Source: Planctomycetota bacterium
GTDB lineage: Bacteria; Planctomycetota; UBA1135; UBA2386
Direction of reading: 5' to 3'
NCBI GenBank assembly: GCA_965228735.1
Contig: OZ245838.1
Location: 3,744,001-3,808,000 of the forward strand
Length of the DNA stretch: 64,000 nt
Shown here: positions 1-13,800 of the stretch, in pieces
How positions within the stretch are numbered: the stretch's first letter is position 1
How the letters are laid out: every line of letters begins with the position of its first letter
Position numbers and translations under genes: made by a program
Notes under the pieces: model-generated
The model's database searches: none
What the model saw: the letters and a program-made list of their open reading frames with translations, nothing else
What the model was told of the DNA's origin: nothing

Positions 1-1
1 G

Positions 2-325
2 ACCCCTGGTGGCCCGAGCATCCCGATGTTCGACGACGCGTCCGAAGAACTGCGGGCCGCCGTCGCGTTGTTCAGCTCGGCCAGCAAGACCGGCCGGAGT
101 GGCATCCAGGAGAAGGGCGCGTTCGCGATCGGCCAGGCATGCACGACGCCGCGCGACTCGCTCGTGCTCTGGCATCTGCTCTACCACGACGACGAGTTCG
201 TGCGCGACCGAGCCGAGATGGCGCTCCAGGAGCTCGTCGGCCCGCCCGAGCAGAACCCGGTGAAGGGTCAGATGCGCTGGGATCCGCAGGTCTGGCTCGC
301 ATACCTGCGCGCGGAAGCCTGGTAG
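2..325 (+). CDS. Hypothetical protein, C-terminal part (HEAT-like helices); 5' end lies outside the window
   Basis: The frame is open from base 2 (TPGGPSIPMFDDASEELR...) to TAG at 323-325, with GC3-rich codons. LLYHDDEFVRDRAEMALQEL resembles a HEAT repeat. Confidence 0.55.
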   Translation, partial: TPGGPSIPMFDDASEELRAAVALFSSASKTGRSGIQEKGAFAIGQACTTPRDSLVLWHLLYHDDEFVRDRAEMALQELVGPPEQNPVKGQMRWDPQVWLAYLRAEAW

Positions 326-385
326 TTCGCAGCGGCTACCGGTCGAACGCGACGGTTCGCCGCGCGCGCCGGCTACATTCGAGGC

Positions 386-2584
386 ATGCTCCGCCTGCTG
401 CCGCTGGTCCTGTTCGCGACGGGCGCCCTCGCCCAGGGCGTGTGGTTCGAGCCGAGCCATCCGATCGTGCACATCGGCGCCTTCGATCTGCCGGGCTGGA
501 TCGCGGCCGCGAAGCAATCGCGCACCGGCGCGCTCGTCGAGAACGACGAGATGCGCGCGGCGCTCGAGCTCGCGTGGCAGCGCTACCTCGACGGTCAGAA
601 GCGCCGGCTCGGGCTGCTCGCGGCGGTCGCCGATCACGACCGAAAGCAGCTCGCGTTCGACGAACGCACCGAACTCGCGCTCTACGACCTGCCGTGGCAC
701 GCCGTGCACGCGTTCGACTTCGCCGTCGCGTGGCCGGCGTCGCCCGAGGGAGCGAGCCCGCAGGAGCGGATGCAGCAGCTCAGCTCACCCGCAATCACGC
801 TGGCACTGCGATCGACGGCGGCGGGAGAAGCCGAACTCGCCGCGGCCTACGACGCGTTCTGCACCGACCTCCGCACCCACGTGCCGAACGGCTCGGAGGT
901 CGCCGACGATCTTGGCGACGTCGGCGAGGGCGGTTTCGTCATGCGGCGCGGCGGCACCCCGATCGATCGCGAGTTCATGCCGTTCGGCGAGCCCGAGATG
1001 GCGGACGCGTGGCTCGCGCGCCGACCACGCCTGTTCTTGGGCGGCACGGGGCCGACCATCGCCGGGTCGGTGGTGCCTGCCCCCACCCTGCCGCCAACGG
1101 TCGCGTTCGGTTTCGACCTCGTCGAATACGTCAACCTGATCACCGGCATCATGGGCGGGGACGGACCGACGGAAGCGTTCCGCATCACCGGCCTCGACAA
1201 CAGCTCGATGCTCGAATGGCGTTGGCGCTTCGTCGACGGTGACCTGCAGGAAGACATGGAGTGGGCGTTCGACGGCGAGATCCGCGGCATCCTCGGCGCG
1301 CTCGTCCAGGGCATGGCGCCGTTGCCGGATCAGCCGTTGCCCGAGGGTGCGCTCGTCCAGCTCCGCTGCGGCTTCGACGTGCGCGCGCTCGTCGCGGCCG
1401 TCGACGACATCCTCGAGCTCGCCGACATCCGCACCCTGACCGAGGACGAGCTCAACGAGGACATCGAACGCGCCTGGACCGGCGGCGCCGCGATCGGCGT
1501 CACGCGCCCGCGACCAGGCGCGGTCGTGCCGCGAATCTACGGCAGCTTCGGCATCGTCGATCGCGACGCGCTCGACCGGCTGCTGGCCCGGCTCGCCGAG
1601 CAGCCGTGGATCGACAGCAAGACCCGCGAGTTCGAAGGCGTCGAGTGCACGCTTCTGACGCTCGCAGGGCTCCCCCCGGCGCTCGCGCCGGCCTACTGCG
1701 TCGTGGACGGCACGATGCACGTGGCGGAGAGCCCGACCAGTTTGCGCGACTTGCTGAAGGCCAAGGCGGGCGGCGCCCCCCGCGCGCTGGAAGTCGGCGA
1801 CGCGGCGGCGCCCGTAGGCCCCGGGACGGCGCTCCCGTTGTTCGACCTGCGCTTCGACGGCGGCGCGATCCACGCGGCGCTGCGCGAGGTGTGGCTGCCG
1901 CTGCTGTCGGCCTCGATGGCATTCGCCGCCGGCGAGCCGCTGCTGTTCGACGACGACCTGCCGGAACCCGAAGTGCTCGCCGAGCTGATCGGCAAGGGGC
2001 GCGGCGCGCTGCGCCGCACCGAGAACGGCATCACGCTGAGCTGTCGCAGCGCGCTCGGCGGCCCGCAGACGATCGCGTTCCTGTCGACGTTCTTCACCCA
2101 CATGGCCGGCGCGATGTTCGAGTCGGAGTGGACGACGGACGCGCTCGCCAATCGCGTCGGCGCCGAACGGCTGCGAACGATGCACGCGGCCGTCGAGACC
2201 TATCGGAAGCGCGAGGGCGAGTTGCCCGAGGACCTCGGCACGCTCATCGCCGCCGGTGACCTCGATGCCGCGACGCTGCTCGTGCCCGGCGACGAGCACG
2301 CCGAACCGGTCCTGCACGACGGCGCGCAGGTCGCCACGTCGTCGTTCCGCTACTACAGCAAGCCGCTGATGTTCGAGAACAACGGCGACGAGGTGCGCGC
2401 GCGCTTCGTCGCGCTGAGCTCCGGCAGCTGGGAACGACTCGTCATGGCGCCGGACGGCCAGCTCACGAAGCGTTGGGACGAGTTCGGCGACGGCAACATC
2501 GACGCTCTCGAGAAAGCCGCGAAGGAGTATGCGGCGACGAAGGCTGCCGAAGGGAAGGGCGCCGACCACGATCCCGGCAAGTAG
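386..2584 (+). CDS. Secreted hypothetical protein (732 aa) with a C-terminal pseudopilin/GspG-like segment
   Basis: Signal peptide MLRLLPLVLFATGALAQ and typical codon bias. LRTMHAAVETYRKREGELPEDLGTL resembles the GspG-type 'L..Y....G.LP..L..L' helix. Confidence 0.7.
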   Translation: MLRLLPLVLFATGALAQGVWFEPSHPIVHIGAFDLPGWIAAAKQSRTGALVENDEMRAALELAWQRYLDGQKRRLGLLAAVADHDRKQLAFDERTELALYDLPWHAVHAFDFAVAWPASPEGASPQERMQQLSSPAITLALRSTAAGEAELAAAYDAFCTDLRTHVPNGSEVADDLGDVGEGGFVMRRGGTPIDREFMPFGEPEMADAWLARRPRLFLGGTGPTIAGSVVPAPTLPPTVAFGFDLVEYVNLITGIMGGDGPTEAFRITGLDNSSMLEWRWRFVDGDLQEDMEWAFDGEIRGILGALVQGMAPLPDQPLPEGALVQLRCGFDVRALVAAVDDILELADIRTLTEDELNEDIERAWTGGAAIGVTRPRPGAVVPRIYGSFGIVDRDALDRLLARLAEQPWIDSKTREFEGVECTLLTLAGLPPALAPAYCVVDGTMHVAESPTSLRDLLKAKAGGAPRALEVGDAAAPVGPGTALPLFDLRFDGGAIHAALREVWLPLLSASMAFAAGEPLLFDDDLPEPEVLAELIGKGRGALRRTENGITLSCRSALGGPQTIAFLSTFFTHMAGAMFESEWTTDALANRVGAERLRTMHAAVETYRKREGELPEDLGTLIAAGDLDAATLLVPGDEHAEPVLHDGAQVATSSFRYYSKPLMFENNGDEVRARFVALSSGSWERLVMAPDGQLTKRWDEFGDGNIDALEKAAKEYAATKAAEGKGADHDPGK

Positions 2585-2692
2585 CTCCCGCTACGATCGC
2601 GCGTCGCGTCGATGGCATCGCGTGATGCCGTTCGCCGTCGCGCCGCGCCGAAGTCGTAGCGCAGACGTGGGGTAGGCTTCTGGCGGCGACCG

Positions 2693-4912
2693 ATGCGTCA
2701 GCCCGCCCAGGTATTCCTGCTCCTCGCGCTCGCGGTCCCCGGCACCGCAACCGCCCAGGATCCGCCCGCACCGCGCGCGACCCTCGCCCGGACCGCGGCC
2801 GTCGCGCCGGAAGTCAGCACGTTCGCCGGCGTGCGCGCGAGCGGCGGCGTGCTGCGAGGCGTCGCGCGGAGCTACCGCGTGACGTTCGCGGAACGCGGGC
2901 TCGAGTTCCGGCCCGCGCTCGGCAAGAACGCGCCGGAGTCGGCGACGTGGCACATCACCGGTCGCACGATCACGCGCGGTGACACGATCGTGCTCCCGGC
3001 GGCGACCCCGATACCAGAACGCACGCACACCAGAGACCGCGTCGACTACCACTGGCCCCGCATCACCGAGCGCTACGACGTGCGCCCGGACGGCGTCGAA
3101 CAGAGCTTCGTGTTCGCGAGCCGACCGCCCGGCCGCGGTGATCTCGCCGTCGACCTCGACATCGCGACCGCGCTGCCGCGCGCCGCGGACGCGATCGCGT
3201 GGCGCAACCCGCGCGGCGGCGGCGTCACCCTGGGCGCCGTTACCGGCATCGACGCAACCGGCCGTCGGTGCGAAGGCTCGGTGATGTTCACGGACCGCGG
3301 CGTTCGCCTCGCGCTGCCCGCGTGGTTCGTCGACGAGGCGAGCTACCCGCTCGTGCTCGATCCACTGATCGCGACCGCGGTCGAAGCGCTCGCGGGCGCC
3401 GACTACGACTTCCCCGACGTCGCGTACGACGACTACACGCAGTCGTACTGCATCGTCTGGACGCAGTTCTTCGGCGGCGGCCAGACGGGCGCGATCGCGA
3501 GCGTGTTCACGTCGCCGACGCTGACCTACGGCTACGCGTTCTCCATCAACCAGCCCGGCGATCAGGACAGCGTGCGCGTCTGCAACATCGCGGGCACGGG
3601 GCTCTACGCGCTGATCTGGGTCAACTACGACCAGCAGGGCTCGAACATCAGCGGCCTCGCGTTCGAGCCGGTCCAGACCAACGCGACGCAGGTCTTCACG
3701 GTCTGGGGCCCGGGTCAGGTCTCGCAGCCCGTCGTGAGCGGCGAGGCGACGTTGTTCGACGACGACTTCCTCGTCGCGTGGCTCGACGGCACCTACGGCC
3801 TGCTGAGCTGCTCGATCGAAATCGATCAACAGTTCCAGGTCTCGGCAACGCCGATCAACCAGGTCGCGGCCGGCCCCGTCACCGAACCCGCGTTCAGCAA
3901 GCAGGGCGGCAACACCGGCCTGCACCTGCTGACCTGGGTCGACCGCCCGCCCGGCGCGCCCGGCTGGGTGCGCGCGCAGGTGCTCGACCACGACGCCAAC
4001 CTGCTCGGTTCGCCGGCGTGGATCCAGAACGGCACGCAGAACTGCGGCTGGCCCGCAGTCGACGGCGACGGCTTCCGCTTCCTGTTCGCCTGGGAGGAGC
4101 AGGAGGTCGGCAACCCGTCCGCGACGGACATCAAGGGCCGCACCGTGACTGTCGGACCGGCCGGCATCACGTCACTCGGTGGCGTCGTCGACCTCGTGAG
4201 CTACGCCGGTGATCTCGACATCGCGCCCGATGTCGCGCAGCTCGGCGAGCAGTTCGGCCTCGTGTTCATGGCGCAGAACCCGCTGAGCCCGTTCTACGAC
4301 GACGCCTACTTCCAGGCGGTCGCGCGCGACGGCACGCTCATCGGCGGCGAACTGCGGCTCGAGCTGACGCCCGGCAACGACTACGTCTACGAGCACGCGC
4401 CGCGCCTGATCGGCCACCGCGCCGGTGACCCGAACACCAACTCCGACGAGGGCCTCGTCGTGTTCGCCGACCAGAGCATCTCGACCGCGGACAGCGACGT
4501 CGGCCTGCAGCTCGTCGAAGCGATCGGCCCCGGTGGCCCGATCGTCGACCTCGGCGGCGGCTGCGGCCCGGGCGGCCTCGCGGTCGGCACGGGCGCGTTC
4601 GCGCTCGGCAACCCCGATTTCCGCTGCGAGCTCTACGGCGCGCAACCGCTCGCGATCCCGTTCCTCCTGCTCGGACTCCCCGGAGCGCAACAGACCTGCG
4701 GCTTCTGCACCTACCTCCAGCCGCTCGGCGTGCTCTTCACGGCCAACACCGCGGGCTTCGCCACGACCCCCATCGCACTACCAGGCGACCCCGGCCTCAT
4801 CGGCGCCGTCATCGAGTTCCAGTTCGCGTCCTTCAACGTGAACTACGTCGGCTGCATCCAGGCCCCCGGCGTCGCGGCGAGCAACATCGTCGCAGCCACC
4901 CTCGACTACTGA
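2693..4912 (+). CDS. Secreted beta-rich protein (739 aa) with a Cys-containing C-terminal domain
   Basis: Signal peptide ending ATAQ. Contains ERYDVRPDGVEQSFVF...YPLVLDPLI followed by PDVAYD/PAVD/PDVA repeats, and a C-terminal GGGCG...CT..P.DP.LIG domain that is shared with 20621-22612. Confidence 0.75.
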   Translation: MRQPAQVFLLLALAVPGTATAQDPPAPRATLARTAAVAPEVSTFAGVRASGGVLRGVARSYRVTFAERGLEFRPALGKNAPESATWHITGRTITRGDTIVLPAATPIPERTHTRDRVDYHWPRITERYDVRPDGVEQSFVFASRPPGRGDLAVDLDIATALPRAADAIAWRNPRGGGVTLGAVTGIDATGRRCEGSVMFTDRGVRLALPAWFVDEASYPLVLDPLIATAVEALAGADYDFPDVAYDDYTQSYCIVWTQFFGGGQTGAIASVFTSPTLTYGYAFSINQPGDQDSVRVCNIAGTGLYALIWVNYDQQGSNISGLAFEPVQTNATQVFTVWGPGQVSQPVVSGEATLFDDDFLVAWLDGTYGLLSCSIEIDQQFQVSATPINQVAAGPVTEPAFSKQGGNTGLHLLTWVDRPPGAPGWVRAQVLDHDANLLGSPAWIQNGTQNCGWPAVDGDGFRFLFAWEEQEVGNPSATDIKGRTVTVGPAGITSLGGVVDLVSYAGDLDIAPDVAQLGEQFGLVFMAQNPLSPFYDDAYFQAVARDGTLIGGELRLELTPGNDYVYEHAPRLIGHRAGDPNTNSDEGLVVFADQSISTADSDVGLQLVEAIGPGGPIVDLGGGCGPGGLAVGTGAFALGNPDFRCELYGAQPLAIPFLLLGLPGAQQTCGFCTYLQPLGVLFTANTAGFATTPIALPGDPGLIGAVIEFQFASFNVNYVGCIQAPGVAASNIVAATLDY

Positions 4913-5021
4913 CCGGCGTACGGAACCTGACCGGCGTACGGAACCAGGTACGCGCCGGCATCGCCCCTTGACCTTCCCCCTTCAGGCGGCGCGGATGCCA
5001 GAACGAACCAGGTACCGTACG
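4910..5021. repeat. Intergenic REP-like cluster (family A, CGTACGG[A/T]ACC[A/T]GGT core) with an 18-bp tandem duplication
   Basis: tgaccggcgtacggaacc occurs twice in tandem (4910-4927, 4928-4945). 4999-5021 is the exact 23-bp reverse complement of 22620-22642. It lies between convergent genes. Confidence 0.75.
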
Positions 5022-5028
5022 GCCGCCC

Positions 5029-5847
5029 TCAGCGGCTGGCGCGGCGGATCTGACGGGCTGCGGCCGTGGCGCGGGCGCGGACGCCGCGGTCGGCGTGGGC
5101 CTGGAGTCGGTCGAGGGCCACGAGGGCCGGCTCGGCGGCGGCGCCGATGAGGCCGAGGGCCGTCGCGGCTTCGCCCGCGACGCGTGGGTTGCTGCGCAGG
5201 GTCTCGATCAGGTGCGGAACCGCGGGGGCGGCGGCCTCGCCGAGCCGACCGAGCTCGACGATGCGGCGCTGTTGCTCGCGCGCGTCCTTGGCCAGCAGCA
5301 TGCGCCAGCCCTGCAGGCGGACGCGGATCGCCGCCTCGACATCGCGGTCCGCTGCCGTTGCGAGTTCGCTGGCGAGCCGTCGGTCGCGGTTCACGATCCG
5401 CTGCAGCGCCGCGGGCACGTCGTCGGTCGCGGCCGGCTCGCGCTCGTCCTCGGACGGCTCCGCTGGCACGACGACGAGATCCCACGGCTGCAGCTGGATG
5501 TTGCGCGCGGTCTCGCCCTGGAGCAGCATCGCCCGCACATCGACCTCGTGGATCGCCGTCGCCGTCGGCTGCACGCGCAGCACGCACACGTTCTGCAAGT
5601 CCGCGCCCCCGCCACCGCCCGCGAGCAACACGACGTCGAGCAGCGTCAGGTTCTTGCGCCACCGAACGTGCGGGCGCGTCGTCTGGCCGATCACCTCGAC
5701 CCGCGGTCTGAGCTCGACCTTCTCCTGCGCCGGCGCCGCCCGATCCGTCGGCCGTTCTGCCCCCGGCTTTCCGGCCGCGCGGTTCTGGCCGCACAAACCG
5801 GCCGCAACGGCACCTGACAGCAGCAGAACGAGGCTCGCAGTCCGCAT
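5029..5847 (-). CDS. Secreted SLBB-domain + HEAT-repeat protein (272 aa)
   Basis: This is the genuine 3' part of the long ORF 5029..9255, with ATG at 5847 (MRTASLVLLLSGAVAAGLCGQ). SLBB-type VEVIGQ...LTLLDVVLLAGG...ADLQNVCVLR...NIQLQPWDLVVVP is followed by HEAT-type AAPAVPHLIETL...AATALGLIG. Confidence 0.7.
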   Translation of the reverse strand: MRTASLVLLLSGAVAAGLCGQNRAAGKPGAERPTDRAAPAQEKVELRPRVEVIGQTTRPHVRWRKNLTLLDVVLLAGGGGGADLQNVCVLRVQPTATAIHEVDVRAMLLQGETARNIQLQPWDLVVVPAEPSEDEREPAATDDVPAALQRIVNRDRRLASELATAADRDVEAAIRVRLQGWRMLLAKDAREQQRRIVELGRLGEAAAPAVPHLIETLRSNPRVAGEAATALGLIGAAAEPALVALDRLQAHADRGVRARATAAARQIRRASR

Positions 5848-5943
5848 GGCGCACAGTGTAATCGACGCCCCCGCAGCGGCGTCGAAAAGGGCCCGCTTTC
5901 CGCTCGCACCCGCACCGCGGTTCCGTTGTAGTTGTGGCCCGAA

Positions 5944-9198
<3,255 letters not shown>

Positions 9199-9247
9199 CC
9201 TGCGCCCCAACTCACGATTTGGCCACCCCACGATTCGGGACCAGAGC

Positions 9248-10516
9248 ATGACCAAAGCCCCCCGTCACGATTCCCCGCTCGCCCGCGCCGTCGCGTCGTT
9301 CTGCCAGGACCACGACACCACCGAGCCGAAGCGACGCAGCTCGTTCTCGGGCTCCGAGACGTGGCAGGCGGTGGCCGCGACCGGGACGGGCCTGTGGCTC
9401 GACACGGGCGACATCGACGCGGCGAAGGAGCTCTGGACCAGCGACATGGTCGCGCTGACGACCAACAACACGCTGCTCAACAAGGAGGTCCAGAAGGGCA
9501 TCTACGACGAGCTCGTGCCCGGCGCGGCGAACATGCTGCGCGAGTCGGCGAGCGACATCGACGAGGACCGCCTCGTCCAGGAGGTCGCGTTCATCCTCAA
9601 CGCGGTGCACGGGCTCAAGCTCGTGCGCACGTTCGACGCCGACGTGAGCGTCGAGCTGCACACCGCGATCAGTCACGACATCGACGCGAGCTACCAGTAC
9701 GGCAAGCGCTTCCACGCGATCTGCCCCGATCGCTTCATCGTCAAGGTCCCGCTCACGCCGGGGGGTCTGCTCGCCGCGCGCCGCCTGCACGACGACGGCA
9801 TCCGCGTGAACTTCACGCTCGGCTTCTCGGCGCGGCAGAACTGGCTCATCGCGGCGGTCGCGAAGCCGACGTGGTGCAACGTGTTCATGGGCCGCATCAA
9901 CTCGTTCCTGAAGGACAGCGACCTCGGCGACGGCAACAACGCCGGCGAGAAGGCGACACTCGCGAGCCAGCGGCTGCTGCGCAAGCTGCGCGCCGAGCAG
10001 GGCCTCGACACGAAGCAGATCGGCGCGTCGATCCGCAGCGGCGAACAGATCCGCGACCTCCTCGGCCTCGACGTCTTCACGATGCCGACCGCGGCGGCCA
10101 AGGGCTTCCTCGATCTCGGCCTCGAGCCCAGCGCGATCCAGGACCAGACCGCGACCGACCCGACCGTCGACTTCGGCGGCGCCGACGTCGCGGGCGATCA
10201 TCTCGAGTGCTTCTGGAACGCGACGGACGACTTCGGCAAGGCCGTGGCCGCGACGGCCGCACTCGACGCGGCGACCGCGACCGCGGCGGACGTCACCGCG
10301 GCGCTCGCGAACGGCGCCGGCGACCTGTTCGCCGACCTCTCGCCCGCCGAGGAGGCGCGCATCAGCGACGAGGGCAAGATCCCGGTCTACGGCAGCTGGA
10401 TCGACCGCGTCCGCGCCGGCACCGCGAGCTGGGACGGCCTGCTCTCCGCCGCCGCGCTCGCGAGCTTCACGCAGGACCAGGGCAAGCTCGACGATCGCAT
10501 CCGCGGTCTGGTCTGA
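9248..10516 (+). CDS. tal: Transaldolase family protein
   Basis: LWLDTGD, TTNNTLL, SVEL, Schiff-base Lys in FIVKVPLTPGG, VNFTLGFS and GASIRS. Confidence 0.85.
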   Translation: MTKAPRHDSPLARAVASFCQDHDTTEPKRRSSFSGSETWQAVAATGTGLWLDTGDIDAAKELWTSDMVALTTNNTLLNKEVQKGIYDELVPGAANMLRESASDIDEDRLVQEVAFILNAVHGLKLVRTFDADVSVELHTAISHDIDASYQYGKRFHAICPDRFIVKVPLTPGGLLAARRLHDDGIRVNFTLGFSARQNWLIAAVAKPTWCNVFMGRINSFLKDSDLGDGNNAGEKATLASQRLLRKLRAEQGLDTKQIGASIRSGEQIRDLLGLDVFTMPTAAAKGFLDLGLEPSAIQDQTATDPTVDFGGADVAGDHLECFWNATDDFGKAVAATAALDAATATAADVTAALANGAGDLFADLSPAEEARISDEGKIPVYGSWIDRVRAGTASWDGLLSAAALASFTQDQGKLDDRIRGLV

Positions 10517-10537
10517 GCCCCGCGCCGCAACGCCGAC

Positions 10538-10648
10538 GGCGGTACTGAACCCGTTTCGAATTCGCCACGGCTCGGGGCAGTAAGCCGCTGATTTGCAGGC
10601 CCTTGCGGAGGAGGAGGGTGGCGAATTCGAAACGGGTTCGGTATCGCC
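10538..10648. repeat. REPIN/MITE-like element (family B), copy 1: 31-bp inverted arms with a 49-bp spacer
   Basis: ggcggtactgaacccgtttcgaattcgccac (10538-10568) pairs with gtggcgaattcgaaacgggttcggtatcgcc (10618-10648), 29/31 complementary. A second copy is at 22780-22892. Confidence 0.8.
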
Positions 10649-10831
10649 ATCATTGCCGTGCCTGGGCAAGCCGAGGCCGGAGCCGATCCGAAGGGTCGGT
10701 CGGCCCGCCATCGGGACTTTCCGGGTCCGCGGGAACCGAGCGGGCTTTTCCGCATTGCTGTTCGATCGCGACTGATCCGATTTGACTCCGGGCCGTTCGA
10801 ACCACGGTCCCGACCCGAGATCCGAGAACTC

Positions 10832-13800
10832 ATGATCCACCGTTGTCACCGCCTGCTGGCCGCATTGTTCGCCGGCTTCGCGTTCCTCACCGCCACGCCT
10901 GCCCAGGGCACCGAGATCGGCTTCACCGAGACGTGGGCCCTCGCCGAGGACCGCGCCAAGGTCCTCGAGCAACTCATCCCGGGCACGGAGGAGTTCTACT
11001 ACTACGGCTGCCGCGAGCAGCTCGCGCGCAGCGACTTCGCCGGCACTAGGCAGCTGCTCGCGCAGTGGATCAAGCGCCACGGTCGGACCGCGCGCGTCAT
11101 GGAGATCGAGAATCGCGAGGCGCTGCTGAGCTACCGCGAGAACCCGGAACGAACGTTCCGCCACCTGCGCTCGCGCCTCGGCCTGCGCTTCGACCACCAG
11201 CGCACCGTGCCGGGTGAGAAGTCGGACCTGCCGACGAGCCTGGATCCAGAACTGCTATCGCCGGCGCGGCTCACGAAGCGCGCATTCGACCGCCACCGCG
11301 GCACCGTCGACGGCTTCGAGGATCGCGCGCTCGCGGCGCTGCTCGGTACCGACCTCACGAACAACCAGCTGCGCAATCTGCTGCAGCGCCTGCGCCGGCC
11401 CGACGTGCCCAACCTGCCGGCGCTCATCGTCCGCGACCTCGGTCACAAGGGCAGCGGCGGCTTCGGCTCGCTCGGCATCCACGGGGAACTGCGCCTCGCC
11501 CAGCTCGAAGAGTGCGTACGGCTGCGACCGGCCGTGCTCAACGACCCCGAATTCGTCGCCACGTATCTCCGCCGACTGCAGCCGCGCACGGATCTCGCGT
11601 GGCAACGCGATCCGGCGATGCGGCAGGCCCAGCTCGAACGCCTGTGGCGCTTCGCGCAGCGCCTCGCGCCGGCGCACAACTCGCTGCGCGCCCACGTGCT
11701 CTACCACTGGCTCGCCCACGATCTCACGCAGGGCGCGGTCGACAGGGACCGCTTCATGGCGTTCATCCAGCTGCCGCGACGCGACAACTGGGTGGCCAGA
11801 GAGTATCGCGAACGCCAGCGCACGCAGCACAATGAGCTCGTCGACTACGGCCGCGACTACGCGTGCGGCCTGCCGCCGGTCCGCAGCGAACAGCAGCTCA
11901 TCCGAAGCTGCCTCGAGCACTTCTTCCGCACCGAGGACAGCTATGCGCCCTACGCCGAGTACCTCGACGAGAACTGGCTGAAGATCGTGCTCGGCGAGAC
12001 CAAGCTGCTGCTCGGCCAGGGCGACCTCGAGACATGGTACTCGATGATCGACGATCCGCGCCGGCTCGAGGCGCTCGAGCAGCGCGTCGAGCTCGCGTTC
12101 CCGGCCACCCAGAAGACGCGATTCGGCGCCGGCGACCCCGTCTCGATCGAGCTCGACGTCAAGAACGTGAAGGCGCTGCTCGTGAAGGTCTTCGTGATCG
12201 ACAGCTACCGCTATCACACGGAGCGGCAGCGCGAGATCGACGCGTCGATCGAACTCGACGGCCTCGTCGCGAACCACGAGCGCACCTACGACTACAGTGA
12301 TCCGGCGCTGCGCCGCGTGCGGCGTTCGTTCGACCTGCCGATGCTGCGCGAGCCCGGCACCTACGTCGTCGAGTTCGTCGGCAACGGCATCAGCAGCCGC
12401 GCCGTGATCCACAAGGGCGGCCTGCGCCACGTCGAGCGCACGATCGCGGCCGGCCACGCGTTCCGCATCTACGACGATCGCGGCCAACTGCAGAAGGACG
12501 CGATACTGTGGTTCGGCGGCCAGGAGTATGCGGCCGACGACGCGGGCGACATCCTCGTTCCGTTCTCGAGCAAGGGCGGCACCAAGCGCGCCGTCATGCG
12601 CGTCGGCAACCGTTCCGAGCTCATCACGTTCGAGCATTGGGACGAGGAGTTCAGCCTGCAGAACTGGGCGTTCGTCGAGCGCGAGTCGCTGATCGCAGGC
12701 GCGAGCGCGCGCCTCGTCGTGCGGCCGCGCCTCGTGCTCAACGGCATGCGGATCGACCTCGCGCTGCTCGAGCAACCAGAACTCACGATCGTCGCGGTCG
12801 ACATCGACGGCACCCAGCGCACCGAGGAGATCCGCGCGCCGAAGCTCACGAACGAGCGTGAGTTCGTCCACGAGCTGCGCGTGCCCGACCGCCTGCAGAA
12901 CTTGACGGTGACCCTGCGCGGCCGGGTCAAGGACCTCGCCGGCAAGGAGCGCGAGCTCTCCGCCACCGCCCCGCCATTCCCCGTGAACGGCATCGACGGC
13001 ACCGCGATGACGCTGGCCGCCGTGCTCGTCCCGCACCCGAACGGCTACGCCATCGAGGTCCGCGGCAAGAACGGCGAGCCGATTCAGGACCGCGCGTGTC
13101 AGGTGCAGCTGCGGCACCGCGACTATCGCGCACCGATCCTCGCGTCGCTGCAGACCGACCAGAGCGGTCGCATCGAGCTGGGCACGCTGCCCGGCATCAC
13201 GGAGCTGTCGGCCGAGCCCGCCGGCGCGCAGCGCGCGCACTTCACCCTCGACGCCGATCACGTCAATCTGCCGGCCGCCCTGCAAGGGCGCGCAGGCACG
13301 ACGCTGCGGCTGCCGTACTTCGGCACTGCCATGACCCCGCGACGCGCCGAGTTCTCGCTGCTCGCGAACGATGCGGACGCGTTCTCGCACCTCGCGATCC
13401 AGGACGGCTTCCTCGAGCTGCGCGACCTGCCGGCCGGTGACTACACGCTGCACCTGCACGAGCGCGGCCACGAGATTCCCGTGCGCGTCACCGCGGGATC
13501 GCAGGACGCGGGCTGGGTGATCGGCCAGAGTCGCGTGCTCTCCGCGAGCGCCGCACAACCGCTGCACATGCGTGGCCTCGCGGTCGACGGCGCGGACCTG
13601 CGCATCGGCCTCACCAACTTCGGTGAGTCGACCCGCGTGCACGTCGTCGCGACCCGCTACCAGCCGACGTTCGATCCGTTCGCGCGCCTGCGCGCGCACC
13701 GCCACGATCACGCGGCCCAGCAGTCGGTCGATCCGCTGCTCAGCAGCTATCACGCCGGGCGGCGACTCGGCGACGAGTACCGCTACGTACTCGAACGGCG

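Noticed and set aside
10538..10648. Repeat-spacer-repeat layout suggesting a mini CRISPR
   Set aside because: The arms are inverted rather than direct, there are only two per locus, and no cas genes are present.
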